The notes under the pieces are model-generated. The model had not been told where the DNA came from and ran no database searches. It saw only the letters and a program-made list of their open reading frames with translations. A stretch of 64,000 bases of DNA from Octopus sinensis (Eukaryota). The position numbers were made by a program, and so were the translations under genes. The stretch spans positions 160,704,001-160,768,000 of the forward strand of contig NC_043000.1 of the NCBI RefSeq assembly GCF_006345805.1. Direction: 5' to 3'. Of the stretch, positions 13,140 through 26,623 are shown one piece after another; within the stretch, counting starts at the first letter, position 1, and every line of letters starts with the position of its first letter.

Positions 13140-13272
13140 TGGGGAAATCGACTTTGCCTTTCATCACTTCTGGGCCAATAAATTACTTATCAGATATGCA
13201 CTGGGGACGATGTAATTGACTGATCGTCGCACCCCACGAAATTGCTGGCCTTGTGCCAAAATTTGAAACCAG
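13140..13272 (+). mobile_element. Old SINE fragment (family-B core, different tail ..attgctggccttgtgccaaaatttgaaacc)
   Basis: gactttgcctttcatc core; the same tail occurs at 24150-24200 and 24400-24435. Confidence 0.7.
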
Positions 13273-14365
13273 TATTTCATTTATCATACGTTTTCCAGTT
13301 GTTTTGATGGTTTTTTAAAGTGAAAGATACAATGATTTTTTTTTGATTTTGTTCTCTTTTCATTTGTCGTATACATAATATAAATGCCATGTGTATAATA
13401 GTTTATGCCTTGAATATCACTCCATGGTTAAAATGATACGCATAATGACTCTATTGGTATAATAGTATTAGATATTATTATTTTTTGCCATGCATCCAGG
13501 ACTTTTCATTGATAGGCATGCATTAAATTAGTAATAGCAATATGCTACTGTGGAAAAGTGTTCTGATTACAACAAAAATTTGAAACATTGCTTTTTTTAA
13601 AATTTATCAAAATTAAAAAACATATATTGATACTTACCCACCTGATGGTCGTTTCGCATTTCAGTGAATTATAATAAATAAACATTTTGCTACTTTTAAC
13701 AACGTTCATTACGCAACGTAATGTGAATGAATCTTTTCAATTTCAATACAAACAACGAATCAAATCCGAGGTTTAACAACAAAGAGAATCATGATAAACA
13801 GGAATATCATAGTTACACAACAGATGCGTTTCACTACTTCCGATATTCCTTATTTAAATAAGAGTTCTGTTTTGATAGCAGATCTTTCATATTTACAAAA
13901 GGGACAAATGATCGAGTCCCTGTAGAAATTTCTGCTCAAATTGGTGCTAGAATATCAACAACAGATTCTATTCGGCTATTACAATAAACGGTACTTTCTT
14001 GTGCCACTAGAACTGGATGTAAATTCGATGTAATTGAAAATTATCTTTGCAACAACTTTATTTGTCAAGTGAATGTTACTATATTATCTTGCATGAATGT
14101 ACACCGAAATTGTCGAAGAGATAGTTGTAACAATACTTTAGTCAAAGGCACAGTACGAGGAAATAGTTTACCTGAGAAAGAAGCCTTTGATGAAAATGTG
14201 TTCGATTAATCTCAATGCATTGCGTAACATAATTTGTTGTTTGGTTTAGGTGAAGTCATGATAAATCTCTCATTCCTAACGTATCTCCCAACTGCATTTC
14301 ATCTCTTTCTCGAAATATTTATGTTTACATGGGCGTGTGTATGTGTGTTTGTGCACGCATATATA

Positions 14366-14418
<53 letters not shown>

Positions 14419-14655
14419 TTGGGTGTTTGTGTGTGTCTGAATTTGTGCAGGCGTGCATTCATGCATGTACGTGGCTATGTGCATTTGTTTACTTCTCTGT
14501 ACAAACGAGCGATAATGATTACGAAATATATTTAATCGAGCTTAGTCATTTGTTCGTAACTTCATCTTTATTCTGTCGTTACTCCCGTTTGCCATCGGAC
14601 AATGCAAGCTTAGCATCGAATACCCGCACATACACACATACGCATATCCACATAC

Positions 14656-14722
<67 letters not shown>

Positions 14723-15439
14723 TATACATATATATATATACATATATATATACATATATATATGTATGTATGTATGTATGTTTGTATGTGTATACATGGG
14801 GGCATGAATGTATTCTTGAACACACCACACAAATACATCTGCATGCTTTGTGTCTATATGTCTTTCATTGTTTGCCTTGCAGTAGGCAAGCATTTCTTTA
14901 TTGAAAACCTGTTATAGTTTCACTACACGGAAGAAGAACTGCACAAAAATCTAGCTGAAATCACAGCTTAACTTCTTCAAAACAGAAGGCTACATTGAGT
15001 ATATTATCCTGTACACTCTCAGTCAAATAAATATGATTGCTTTGGCAGCCATACCTTTAAACAACCAATGTAGCTTTGCATATTCTATCAGTATCTTATA
15101 TTTCAAGAAATGTACCAAGACGTACATAGGTGTTCTATGCCTTGAAGTAAGCCCAGAAATATACATTAAATTTCGGGAGGCTTTTTGTTTTTATTTCTTT
15201 TGTTTGTTTGGTCTTCTGACTGATCCCAAATATCTTCTTCTGGATTAAGATTTCGATGGATTAAACAAAAGTGCCAGTATCCATGCTATTATTTCAAACT
15301 CATAATTTATTAAAAGCCTGCTGATAGGGAATTAAAAATGTCTGGATAACTCGCGAAATTAACACAAACTTGTAATATTACTTTATTGCATTTATTTATT
15401 TTAAATATGTAAAGACCAAATGGAATGTATTAGCAGAGA

Positions 15440-15584
15440 AGAAACATAAGGAACGACACTTCATCAGTTGTCGTTTGTCTATTTATTCCTCCTTTCGAGC
15501 ATTGAACGACAACATGAATCTTCGAAGACAGTTGATTCACGCTGTTTACTGTTGCTGATGTCCTGTACCATTATATGCATGTAT

Positions 15585-15624
<40 letters not shown>

Positions 15625-15830
15625 AGATTGAACGCCACGCAAACAATTACAAATAAGTTTATCTTAATCTTTTTTGATCCCACTTTACTCTACACTGTTT
15701 TCTTTCTCATCCTGGTAGCAACTGTCTTCGAAGACTCATATTGTCGTTCAATGCTCGAAATGAGGAGTAGATAGACATCCGACAACTAATGAAGGGTCAT
15801 TCTCTATGTTACTCGTCTTGTTTTCCATTT
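15440..15830. repeat. Diverged inverted repeat pair (~100-bp arms) around a (TA)n tract
   Basis: 15450-15540 is the reverse complement of ~15720-15810 (ttgtcgttcaatgctcgaaa..gacaactgatgaag). Confidence 0.7.
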
Positions 15831-15962
15831 GTTTCTCTCGTTGTTTGCGTATTGATCTAATTTGATTTCGTATTTCATGTTTTCTGTTGGTGCCGTCCTA
15901 TACCCATATATGCACGTGTATATATATATATATATTATATTATATACATGTTAAAAAAAATA

Positions 15963-16044
<82 letters not shown>

Positions 16045-16055
16045 TATATATATAT

Positions 16056-16191
16056 ACATGTGTATATTGACAGGGTAGACTGCTAGGTAGTCGGCCGCAT
16101 GCTAGAAAATCTTTGTAGTTTGATCGTTGATGATCTATTTCTAGCATGCGGCCGACTACCTTGCAGTCTTGCCCTGTCAATATACACATGT
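16056..16191. repeat. Foldback element with ~53-bp inverted arms
   Basis: acatgtgtatattgacaggg..ggtagtcggccgcatgctagaaa and its reverse complement around a ~29-bp spacer. Confidence 0.85.
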
Positions 16192-16287
16192 ATTAGAATT
16201 TTCACTGATTTTTCAGATTTTTGTATGCTAGGCTACTGGTTTTAAATTGATATTAAAATTAATATTAATTATCTCCCTCATTATTTA

Positions 16288-16337
<50 letters not shown>

Positions 16338-16483
16338 TAAACAGAACATTAATTACAGACATGGACAAGAACATGAAACACCACAGAGACGACACAAGAA
16401 CCACAGGACGGGACATTCGAAGCCCTCAGTCATCAGTCAAGAACCAGATCATCTTAGCAATTTCGGCTGATTAATCTATATAT

Positions 16484-16528
<45 letters not shown>

Positions 16529-16635
16529 GATATAAATATATATCTATATATGCACATATATATATTTATATAATTATTTGATTGAACGCCGCGGGTCCAT
16601 TTTCAAGTAATTTTACGTATATATATATATATATA

Positions 16636-17645
16636 TCGGAAATATCAACAAAATACTTGTTGCACAAAAGGGACAGGAGATGCTGGAAAAGCAGTAAAAT
16701 GTAACAACCAATGCAGACACTGAAGATATAATCCTCATCATAGGCAATTGTCCATAATGTTATCATGGTGAGACATGATGTTCTACGTAGGATACTATAT
16801 AACTTGATCTGTCGAAAGCATAACTCCAAGGACAAAGAAATATGAAGTCATAGCCTCTCATAATAAAAAGGAATACTGTTTGAATGACCCATCGAAAACC
16901 TCAATAAAATGTAAACACAATATACTTGATAAAATGATTTTGGATACAGAAGAGAAACTATGTAGGTTGGCGAAAATCAACTGCCCAACGAATGTTAACT
17001 TAAAGCTGAAGATCAGTGAAAAACAAAATACCTACCCGCTGAACTATTGAGAATTCTGAAGTTACACTATCGAGATTACAATCTTAGTGTTTTACCTGTA
17101 ATTATTGGGGCACTTGGATGTGTAACACACTGTCTAAATACCAATTTTGAGAAATTAAACTTCACAAAACCAGAAAAGAGAAAGCTTATTCGAAGACTAC
17201 AGATCCAGTCCATCACTGGAACTGTAAAAATCTCTAAAGCTTACCAGACGTTTATCATTTAAATATATATGAGCATTTCTAGATATGCAACTCTATGCAT
17301 AAGAATACATATATAAAACATACAAATCTGCACATACATACATACATACATACATACATACATACATACATACATACATACATACATACATACATACAAA
17401 GGAAAATAACCTGTTGCTGATGTTGAAATTCCAATAATGGAGCCTTGGTTTTAGATTAGAAACCGGTTCTTTCTCTATTGGCAAGAAATCTTGAAATAAA
17501 ACTGAATAATGACATACATACATACACACAAACAAAAATAAGTCTGTTGTTGATGTAATTCCATTGAAGGAGACTTGGATCTAGGCTAGAAACCGGCTCT
17601 TTCTCTATTGTCAAGAAATCTTGAAATAAACTGAATAATCATACA
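16636..17645 (+). mobile_element. 5'-truncated, degenerate non-LTR retrotransposon with restriction-like endonuclease (R4/Dong/NeSL-like)
   Basis: Broken frames read EISTKYLLHKRDR, KCNNQCR..EDII..C, RHDV, KCKHNILD..EK..Y and VLPVIIGALGCV..IQSITGTVKI (CCHC plus PD-(D/E)xK C-terminus); the 3' module is duplicated. Confidence 0.75.
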
Positions 17646-17892
17646 AACATGCACGCACGCACAGACACACACACATACACACACACACACACACACATAC
17701 AACACACACACACACACACACACAAACATATACATATATAAGTTCAACTTTGGTTCAAGGCAAGTCGTAGATATTTTGAGATTCAGAGAAGGGTAGAGAA
17801 AATTGAATATATCTAGATACAACGCTAGACATTATTTTTATCCTCGGCACTTATACTCTGCGTGTGTGTGTATATGCGTGTATTCTTTTTTT

Positions 17893-18315
17893 CTTTAATT
17901 TGTTTCAGTCATTTGACTGCGGCCATGCTGGAGCACCGCCTTTAGTCGAACAAATCGACCCCAGAACTTATTCTGTGTAAGCTCAGTACTTAGTCTATCG
18001 GTTCTTTTGTCGAACCGCTAAGTTACGGGGACATAAACACACCAACATCAGTTTTCAAGTGATGATGGGGGACAAACAGATACACAAACACACACACACA
18101 ACACACACAAACACACGCACACACACATGTATACGATGGGCTTCTTTCATTGTCCGTCTACCAAATCCACTCACAAGGCTTTGGCCGGCTCGAGGCTATA
18201 GTAGAAGACACTTGCCCAACGTGCCACGCGGTAGGACCGAACCCGGCACCATGTGGTTAATGAGCAAACTACTTACCACAGACCCTTTCCTGCGTCAATA
18301 AGCCACTCCTGCGCC
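17893..18315 (-). mobile_element. SINE family A, full length
   Basis: Reverse-complement homology to 2652-3071. Confidence 0.88.
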
Positions 18316-18479
18316 TATACATACATACATACATACATGCATACATACATACATATATACATATATATATATACACGTAGTCTATGCCCTAGGGACGTAG
18401 CTTCAACCGTGTTCTTTCTGATGTGAATTTTGCTACCCAGGTACCGGTTATCTTTCGAATTATCCTTAATAAGATAATT

Positions 18480-18729
18480 CATTCAACTACTCAAATATTT
18501 ATATACATATATACATATATATATTTATATATATATATACATATATATACGTCGATAGACAGATAAATATACATACATATATTTATATGTGTGTATATAT
18601 ATATACATATATATGTATACATATGTATGTATATATATACACATATTTATATGCACACATATATATATACACAGTATATACCTATATATATGTATATATA
18701 TATATATATATATACACATACATATAGTA

Positions 18730-18785
<56 letters not shown>

Positions 18786-18960
18786 TGTATATCTATACAC
18801 ACATATACACATACATATGTATGCATATATATATATATATAATATATATTATTTATATATATATATATGCATGTATATCTATACACACATATATACACAT
18901 ACATATATAAATATTGTCTCCGTGTTGGCGTGTGTGTATACATTTACTTATATATCCGTA
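18480..18960. repeat. Degenerate (TA)n/(TACA)n microsatellite field
   Basis: Direct inspection; source of several spurious Y/I-rich ORFs. Confidence 0.9.
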
Positions 18961-19299
18961 CAGCCGCACACACATATATATTCTTTTATATATTTATTAT
19001 ATATTTATATGTGTGTCTATATGTTTATGGGTGAGCGTATAAGGATATAAGTGTATGAGCGTGCATGTATATAAGTATATATATATGTATTACAGTGTGG
19101 GAAATGTATGTGTGTACTGATGTGTGTATTGTATATTAAAATTTAAGTTACACCAGAATTCACGTCTGATATTACATTTCTTTTGATATCGCTTATTGAG
19201 AGCGTTATGTCTTTGTAGTTTGGCTTCTCTGTATTTTTTTATTACTACTTTTTGTGATTAGGCATTATTGGTTATTATTCACTTGATTGCCATTATTAT

Positions 19300-19879
19300 T
19301 GTTGTCGTTGTCGTTGTCGTCGTCGTTGTTGTTGTTGTTGTTGTTAGCGCTATTATTCCGTGTAAATATGTCTTTTGACTAGACAAGTAGCTGCAGCTAA
19401 TCTTTGCCAAGGACAAAGGCACGGTGACCGGACTGAGATGACACAGCCATGAAAACAGCTACAGCTGCAATAGAAGAAGCATTGACAACAATAACAGTAG
19501 CAGCGGGGTAGAGAAAGTAAAAGGATGAGAGAGAGAGAGAGAGAGAGAGAGGGGGGACAGGGTGAGAGAGAGAGAGAGACAACAGCAGTAACAGAAATAC
19601 AAACAGAATGCACTGGCGTTTAGCTTTAGTAGCAGTAGTAGTAGTAGTAGTAGTAGTAGGAACAATAATAACAGCTGCAGCAATGCAAAAGCGAATGCAA
19701 CAGGAGTGAGACGGTGACAAACAATAAAAGGAAAAAACAATGCATCACTATCAGCGAGTGCAACAGCAGCACATATGGCAGCAGAGGCAACTGGAACATC
19801 ACCATCATCATCGTCATCGTCATCATCATCATCATCATCAACAACAACGACATTAGTAGTCGTAGTGGTGGTGGTGGTT

Positions 19880-19915
<36 letters not shown>

Positions 19916-19949
19916 TTTGTAGTGGTGGTGGTGTTAGTGGTAGTAGAAT

Positions 19950-19982
<33 letters not shown>

Positions 19983-20085
19983 CAGTAGTAGTAGTAGTAG
20001 TAGTAGTAGTAACAAGCCATGCGCTCAACACGCCGGTGACACGCCATGAAAATTATGACATCGACGACTGCTGTAGCTATTTGCT

Positions 20086-20120
<35 letters not shown>

Positions 20121-20640
20121 TGTTGTTGTTGTTATTTGCTTTCCGATGTAATTGTTGTCATCGTAGACATTATCATTATCGTCGTCGTCGTCGTCGTCAT
20201 CGTCGCCATCGTGTTGTTGATTTTGATGTTGTCATCGTCATCGTCATCGTCATCGTCGTAATCATCGTTCTTGTTGTTGTTGTTGTTGCTCTTTCTTTGT
20301 CGTGGTCTTTGCCGACATTGCGTTGCCCTTATCCTTGCTGGTGTGGTGGTGCACAATACTATTGTTGTAATTGATGTTGCTGTCGCTGTCATTCTATATA
20401 TTGTCTCTATTCTCGTTTTTATTGTTGTTATTGTCATCGAAGTTGCTCTTCTTACTTGTGCACATATCATTCTTATAACTGTAGTGGTTGCTTTTATAAT
20501 TGTTATTGTTGTATTCGCTTCGAATCTACTATGTTGATTTTACTTTTATTGTTATCTCTAGTATTAGTTTTGTTTCGGTTGTTTTGTTGTTATTATTTTT
20601 GTTGTTGTTGTTTTTGTCACTGTTGCTGCTTCTACTACAA
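19300..20640. repeat. Mosaic trinucleotide low-complexity region (GTT, TAG, CAT, TCG, AAC)
   Basis: Successive trinucleotide tracts giving homopolymeric ORFs in several frames. Confidence 0.9.
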
Positions 20641-21427
20641 TGGCTGGTCATCCCGCCCCTATCATAGAATGCAGCTTAGAACTATACTTGATCACCAGCT
20701 ATTTACGAACAGAACAAGCATCACCCACGTACATTTTTGACTCCTAACTCACCGCCACATTCTTCCACTATTCCTCTCTTCCCCTATCTCTTCATCCACC
20801 TCATCGGTATTGTCAACATCATCATCACAAACGTCGTTACACGACAAGCACTATACCACAAAATTACCGTGATAACCAGCGCACAAAAACCGCATAACCA
20901 TAACATAATATCGCGACAAGTCAAAGATCACGCCTCTGGGTAGTGCTATGATATGGCAGAAACGGTAGCTAAATCTCCTTCAAAACACAAACTACTTTGC
21001 TTTGGCTTGGATAATGCCGTCAGAAGTTTCCATCACATACGAGAAGGACGGGTTGCTCAGACGCCTTTTCTTGGGGATGACATTGGTAGCAGGTGTACTC
21101 GATATGTTGTGGGGCTAAACAAGAGCAACATTCACGGTTTGTAAATGAGGAAGGCTCAACATGGTCGCTCAACCTGGTAGCCTTATACGGGAAACGTTTG
21201 TCTAAATGTGATTAAGTAGTCATGGTGGAGGGCGATTGATCTTGATCTTTAGTTTACGCGATCAGCGCTGACCTAGGATTAAACAACACCACAAAATTAT
21301 TTTACTATTAGGAATTACAGTGACTGTACATAGAAGAGTGCTATAGGATCCTTGCAAGATTTATTGGCAACACATTTTTACATTATTTATATTTGACGGA
21401 TATTTGTCCTCATCTTGTCTGTTGTTA

Positions 21428-21471
21428 ACACAACGTTTCGTCTGATATACTCTGCAGTCTTCTTCAGGTGT
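21428..21471 (-). ncRNA. Minimal type I hammerhead motif (PLE-pLTR type), one mismatch in stem II
   Basis: acac CTGAAGA a gactg-cagagtatat-cagac GAAA cg TT gtgt; stem I acac/gtgt; degraded opposite-strand copy at ~22445-22490. Confidence 0.65.
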
Positions 21472-21517
21472 CTTGGGGTAATTTCGAAACTGGGTTCCCA
21501 TTCCTAAGGTATTTTTC

Positions 21518-21661
<144 letters not shown>

Positions 21662-21763
21662 ATTCAGGTCACTGCCTAGGATCGAATTCGGAATCTTGGC
21701 GTTAGATTCCAGGCAGTGACCTGTATAATAATGATAATGATGATGATGGTAATAATAATAATA

Positions 21764-21846
<83 letters not shown>

Positions 21847-21849
21847 TTG

Positions 21850-22335
21850 TTTTGTCTTGGTATAAAAGATGGGCTACAGCAAATATTCTGCTCAATACCA
21901 CAGATTTGCTTGTCAGTTGTTTGACCTTAACCAATTGAGCATGTCCTTAGTGGCTGACGATATGTGCATCTCTGATCACGAGCAGAAGTAGTGGGGGAGC
22001 ATCATAGCCATGTGTTGAGAGGGATTCTTTGGGGTTTGAATAGTTCACCTTGGAAAACATGGGTGGTTCTTTCAAAATCCTTAAACAACCCTTATTCAGG
22101 GACCGTTTGAGCGGGATGGGCTACTCAACCAGAAGAAAATTCTAACTGGGCCCCACCTGCAAGGTCATGTGCTGTTTATCTTGATATGAGATCACCATGT
22201 CGCACACATATGGTTGTGATGCATGTGCCTGGTGTACCTTTATCAGACGGGTAGTCATGATGGGTATATTGGGCTTCGTATATTTTACCCCAGTGTCACT
22301 TTGATGGCATGAACTGCTCACTCACTCAATAATAA
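21850..22335 (+). mobile_element. Interspersed ~500-bp repeat with (AAT)n tail (SINE/LINE-tail-like family E)
   Basis: Diverged reverse-complement copy at 63585-64000 (ataagggcatc, agcccagtatacccatcatg, acatgaccttg). Confidence 0.7.
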
Positions 22336-23016
22336 TAATAATAATAACCACAACAAAAACAACAACAGCAACAACGACAATAATAATAACAACAACATCG
22401 AAAAATACTTTAGGAATAAGAACCCAGGTTTAAAATTTCTCCAGGACACCCGAAGAAGGCTGGAGAGTATATCAGCCGAAACATGTTAACAACAAACAAG
22501 ACGAGGACAAATATCCGTCAAATGTAACTAATGTGCATAATTCTTCATCTCTCTAATATAGAACTGTTGCAGCATTTAGATATTAGCAGAGTTATTAGAC
22601 GTGTGGGGTCCATGAGCAGCGGTACAGTGGACACGTACCTTCAGATGGCTTTAATCGCTGCACCTATAACTACATCAATAAAAAAATATCAAAGATTAGT
22701 CCACCTTTACCTTGTACACCATTGCAATATTGCTGATACAACAGCAGCCACCTTCTCTGTTTTTTTTTTAACACTTTTCCCATCCACTACCAAACAGGTT
22801 CTTATAGATTTACTACTTCTTTCACAAACACACGTAGAGACTTGAATAACTGGAAGTAGCGGATAAATAAAACTTATATTGCACACTGCCCTTTAAAACA
22901 TCCTTCACTGATTTGGGGCTAAACAGCAACCGCACCAAGAAGCAACCACAGATTTTTCTGGGGCTTTATATATATCTTACTCTCGTGCCTTTTTTCTTTC
23001 CTTCTTACTTCTGTCG

Positions 23017-23065
<49 letters not shown>

Positions 23066-23124
23066 TCATCGTCTCTCTATGTATGTATGCATGTACAAAC
23101 ACACGTATATATATATATATATAT

Positions 23125-23158
<34 letters not shown>

Positions 23159-23337
23159 TTTCCTCTGTCTTCCCTTCTCGGGATCTTTCCTTCTCTTATG
23201 TTTCCGACGAAGAGCTCCGCTCGAAACGTTAAGCCCCTCCTCCCTTCTTTCCTGAGCGTCCAATAATACATTATTTGTTCCACGTCCTTGCGTTGTTGTG
23301 TTTTTTTGTTTTCTTGTTTGGATTAACTATATATATA

Positions 23338-23468
23338 CAGGGTGTCCCCAAAAAATGTATACACATAGTGGTTCGGCAAAAGAAAACGATAGAATAAGTA
23401 CTAGGCTTACAAAGAATAACAAATTTACAATTATTTAAGGTGTGTATACATTTTGGGGGGACACCCTG
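23338..23468. mobile_element. 131-bp Tc1/mariner-type MITE containing a SINE-A fragment
   Basis: 27-bp TIRs cagggtgtccccaaaaaatgtatacac / gtgtatacattttggggggacaccctg, flanked by TA. Confidence 0.85.
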
Positions 23469-23544
23469 TATATATATATATATACATATATATTGATGGA
23501 AATGGCAAGATAATAAAAGAATGAAAGTGACCTCGTTATTACGT

Positions 23545-23735
23545 AAATAGAGGAATGTATCTGTAAATATAATGTGACAATGATTCGGTAGCCATGATAG
23601 AACTCCGAGTTTAGGGTGTCAGGGTGGGAACACAGGTCGGCATCTCTTCAGTTATTGGGCCAGAGTTTCAGCCCCGACATCCGAAACTCAGAATTTTATC
23701 ATGGCTACCGAATAATTGCCACATATTATATTTAC
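23545..23735. repeat. Foldback element with a degenerate hammerhead motif; related to 25880-26085
   Basis: ~70-bp inverted arms (ttcggtagccatgata..gagttt); the minus strand has aataa CTGAAGA..(T)AAA ctc g gag tt. Confidence 0.7.
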
Positions 23736-24034
23736 AGATGTATATATATATATCTATATCTATCTATATATATATACAGAGAGAGAGAGAGATACATACA
23801 TACATACATACATACATACATACATACGCACATAAAATATATTGAATAACATATACGAAGTAAAGACTGGAAATAAATTGGAGTCTTACACTTTAATGCA
23901 TTTCCCATTTTCCATCCCGTCTCCCGCCGCCTCTTTCTCATACATTAATATCTTTTATAGTTTTATTCGCGCTATTTTTCCTCCATCCTTATTGCTATTA
24001 TTTCTCTCCTCGATGGTGTCGAGCTCACAGAACC

Positions 24035-24435
24035 GTTAGCAGGCCTGACTAAATGCTTAGCTTCACAAATTCTGCCATGGTCTATTTTACCCGAGATTAT
24101 TTCAGGTTCATTGAAATAAGTACCAGTCAAGCACTGGTGTCGACGTAATCGACTAGACTTCTCTCTCCTCAAAAACTGTTGGCATTGTGTTAAAAACTGA
24201 AACCATTATTTGCTTCGTCCTTTAGGCGGCGAAGTAGTTGAAAAGTTAGCACGTAGGACAAAAATTCTTAGGGGCATTTCTTCCGACTATTTATGTACTA
24301 AACTGAAATCGCACCGATATCAGCTTTGCTTTTATCCTTTCAGGATCGATAACATAAAGTATCAGTTAAGCATTGTGTTTGAGGTGATTGACCAGCCCCA
24401 TTTCCCTAAAATTCAGGCCTTGTGCCTACATTAGA
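24035..24435 (+). mobile_element. Two adjacent old family-B-group SINE relics
   Basis: aataagtaccagtcaagcactggtgtcgacgtaatcgact; ggcggcgaag head at 24224. Confidence 0.65.
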
Positions 24436-25267
24436 ATGGATTGCTTCGTTCTTCCTTTTACTCACCTTTCCTAATTTATTCAGCTTTGTCCCTAGTCTTC
24501 TTCCTTTCTATATTTATTTGTATCTGACTGTTTATCATTTCATATTATCTGTCCAGTCCCTTCTTCAATACCATTCTATCACAGACACACAATTTCGTTT
24601 CGCACTTTCATACTTTTTCGACAAGTAACTTCACACTGCAGTTTCTCGCTTTCTCACGTTCATTTTCCTGATGTAAAATTCTGTTTTCCTCTTCCGTTCT
24701 AACTTTTTCTCTGTTTCAATGTCTTATTCCATTTCTTCACATAATCGTACTAGACTATCAGGCTCTCATCAACTATTTATTCAGGTTTTCTGACTAGCTT
24801 TCTTTAGAATTAAACATTTTTCATACTATTCTTATCCCTATCACGCATTTCAATATATCTAACTATCTATGAAATTAAAGTTATTAGAATATTTCCAACA
24901 AATTACAATGAAATACCAAACATCAGGTTTCGCTGCCTTTATAGGTCATCAGGCATCTCTTAATTTTTACATTTTATAATGCAGAAAAAAGTAGCGGAAG
25001 ATTATTTATTAAAATTGTAATCAAATTTGAATACGGCACAACTCATTTAAATAATGGTAACAGAAAGATGGCTAGACAACGAATCTTATACTGTGAGGTT
25101 AGTGTCACTACCTTTTTATTCAGCAAGAAGCCTTACTGTTTCACAGAGGCAACCTCAGATGGGGAAGTGAGCATTTCCATAAGAGTTTTCTTCTTTAGAT
25201 TTCGTTTTACGATTGCTTCACAATAGAAATTTCACTGAAACCTAACGTGTATTTATATACACATATA

Positions 25268-25500
25268 TGGCGGCAAACTGGCTGAAACATTAGCGCGCCG
25301 GGCGAAATGCTTAGCGGTATTTCGCCTGTCGTTACGTTCTGAGTTCAAATTCCTCCGAGGTCGACTTTGCCTTTCATCCTTTCGGGGTCGATAAATAAAG
25401 TACCAGTTTCGCACTGGGGTCGATGTAATCGACTTAATCCCTTTGTCTGTACTTGTTTGTCCCCTCTATGTTTAGCCCCTTGTGGGCAGTAAAGAAATAT
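25268..25500 (+). mobile_element. SINE family B, full length
   Basis: Colinear with the 36944 and 58843 copies. Confidence 0.9.
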
Positions 25501-25721
25501 ATATACACATATATGTGTTATTATGTGTGTATGCGCTTTTGTGTGTGTGTGTGTATGTGTGTGTGTTCGACTGTGTGTACGTGTGTGTGCGCGTGAAATG
25601 TCTTTGTGTATGTATGTGTATGTGCGTGTATCAACATTTATATGCTATTGTTTGTAGATTTATTTAGTTCGACTTCCACCTTGGAAAACGATACACACAC
25701 ACCACACACACATACACACAA

Positions 25722-25857
<136 letters not shown>

Positions 25858-25974
25858 ATGTATGTATATATAATGATAATATGACATCAAAAGAATGAAT
25901 GAGACCTCGATATTATGTAAATAGAGGAATTTATCTATAAATATATAATATAGGACAATCAGTTAGTTGTCATA

Positions 25975-26085
25975 ATACTACTCAGAGTTTCAGATGCCCG
26001 AGCTAAAAAGCTACTACCTATCCCCATTAGTTATTATGTCTTAATAACTGATGAGGATAACTAGTAGCTTTTAGCTTGGGCATCT
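25975..26085. repeat. ~95-bp hairpin containing a CTGATGA hammerhead core
   Basis: cagatgcccgagctaaaaagctacta / tagtagcttttagcttgggcatctg and atccccattagttatta / taataactgatgaggata. Confidence 0.75.
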
Positions 26086-26212
26086 GCGCACACACACGTA
26101 CACACAGTCGAAACACACACACACACACACACACAAAAGCGCATACACACATAATAACACATATGTCTATATATATTCCTTTACTGCCCACAAGGGGCTA
26201 AACATAGAAGAG

Positions 26213-26358
26213 ACTTATGTTTTTCACTGTTTGATTTGCTTAATAGTGGTTTTATCTCTAATCTAATCTAATATAATATAATATATTTATACTATAAAAT
26301 TGGATTTAATCCTAAATCTAATTTCCCTGTAAGTTTGGATTTATTCCCTAATATTATT
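26213..26358 (+). mobile_element. Solo 3'-end (pLTR) fragment of the PLE family at 43029-49872
   Basis: actataaaattggatttaatcctaaatct..gtttggatttattccctaatatt matches 49800-49870; abuts (TA)n. Confidence 0.8.
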
Positions 26359-26454
26359 AATATATATAATATATATATATATATAATATATATATATATA
26401 TATACGCGTATTATATGTGTGTGTGTGGTGTGTGTGTGTGTGTGTGCATACATG

Positions 26455-26623
26455 AGCAGGCGTGAGTCGTGGCGGTGTGGTAAGAAGCTTGCTTCCAACT
26501 ACATGTTTCCGGTTTCAGTCCCAAAGAGGGTCACGTTGGGCAAGTGTTTTCTACTATAATCTCGGCCCGAACAAACACTTATGAGGAGGTTTGGTTGATG
26601 GAAACTGAACGAAGCCTGTCGTA
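26455..26623 (+). mobile_element. SINE family A, 5' half
   Basis: Head and CORE-like segment. Confidence 0.8.

Noticed and set aside
13638-13659. Minus-strand ATG..CAGGTGG followed by a strong donor GTAAGTAT (possible first exon MRNDHQV)
   Set aside because: Only 22 nt and no linked downstream exon identified; such motifs occur by chance
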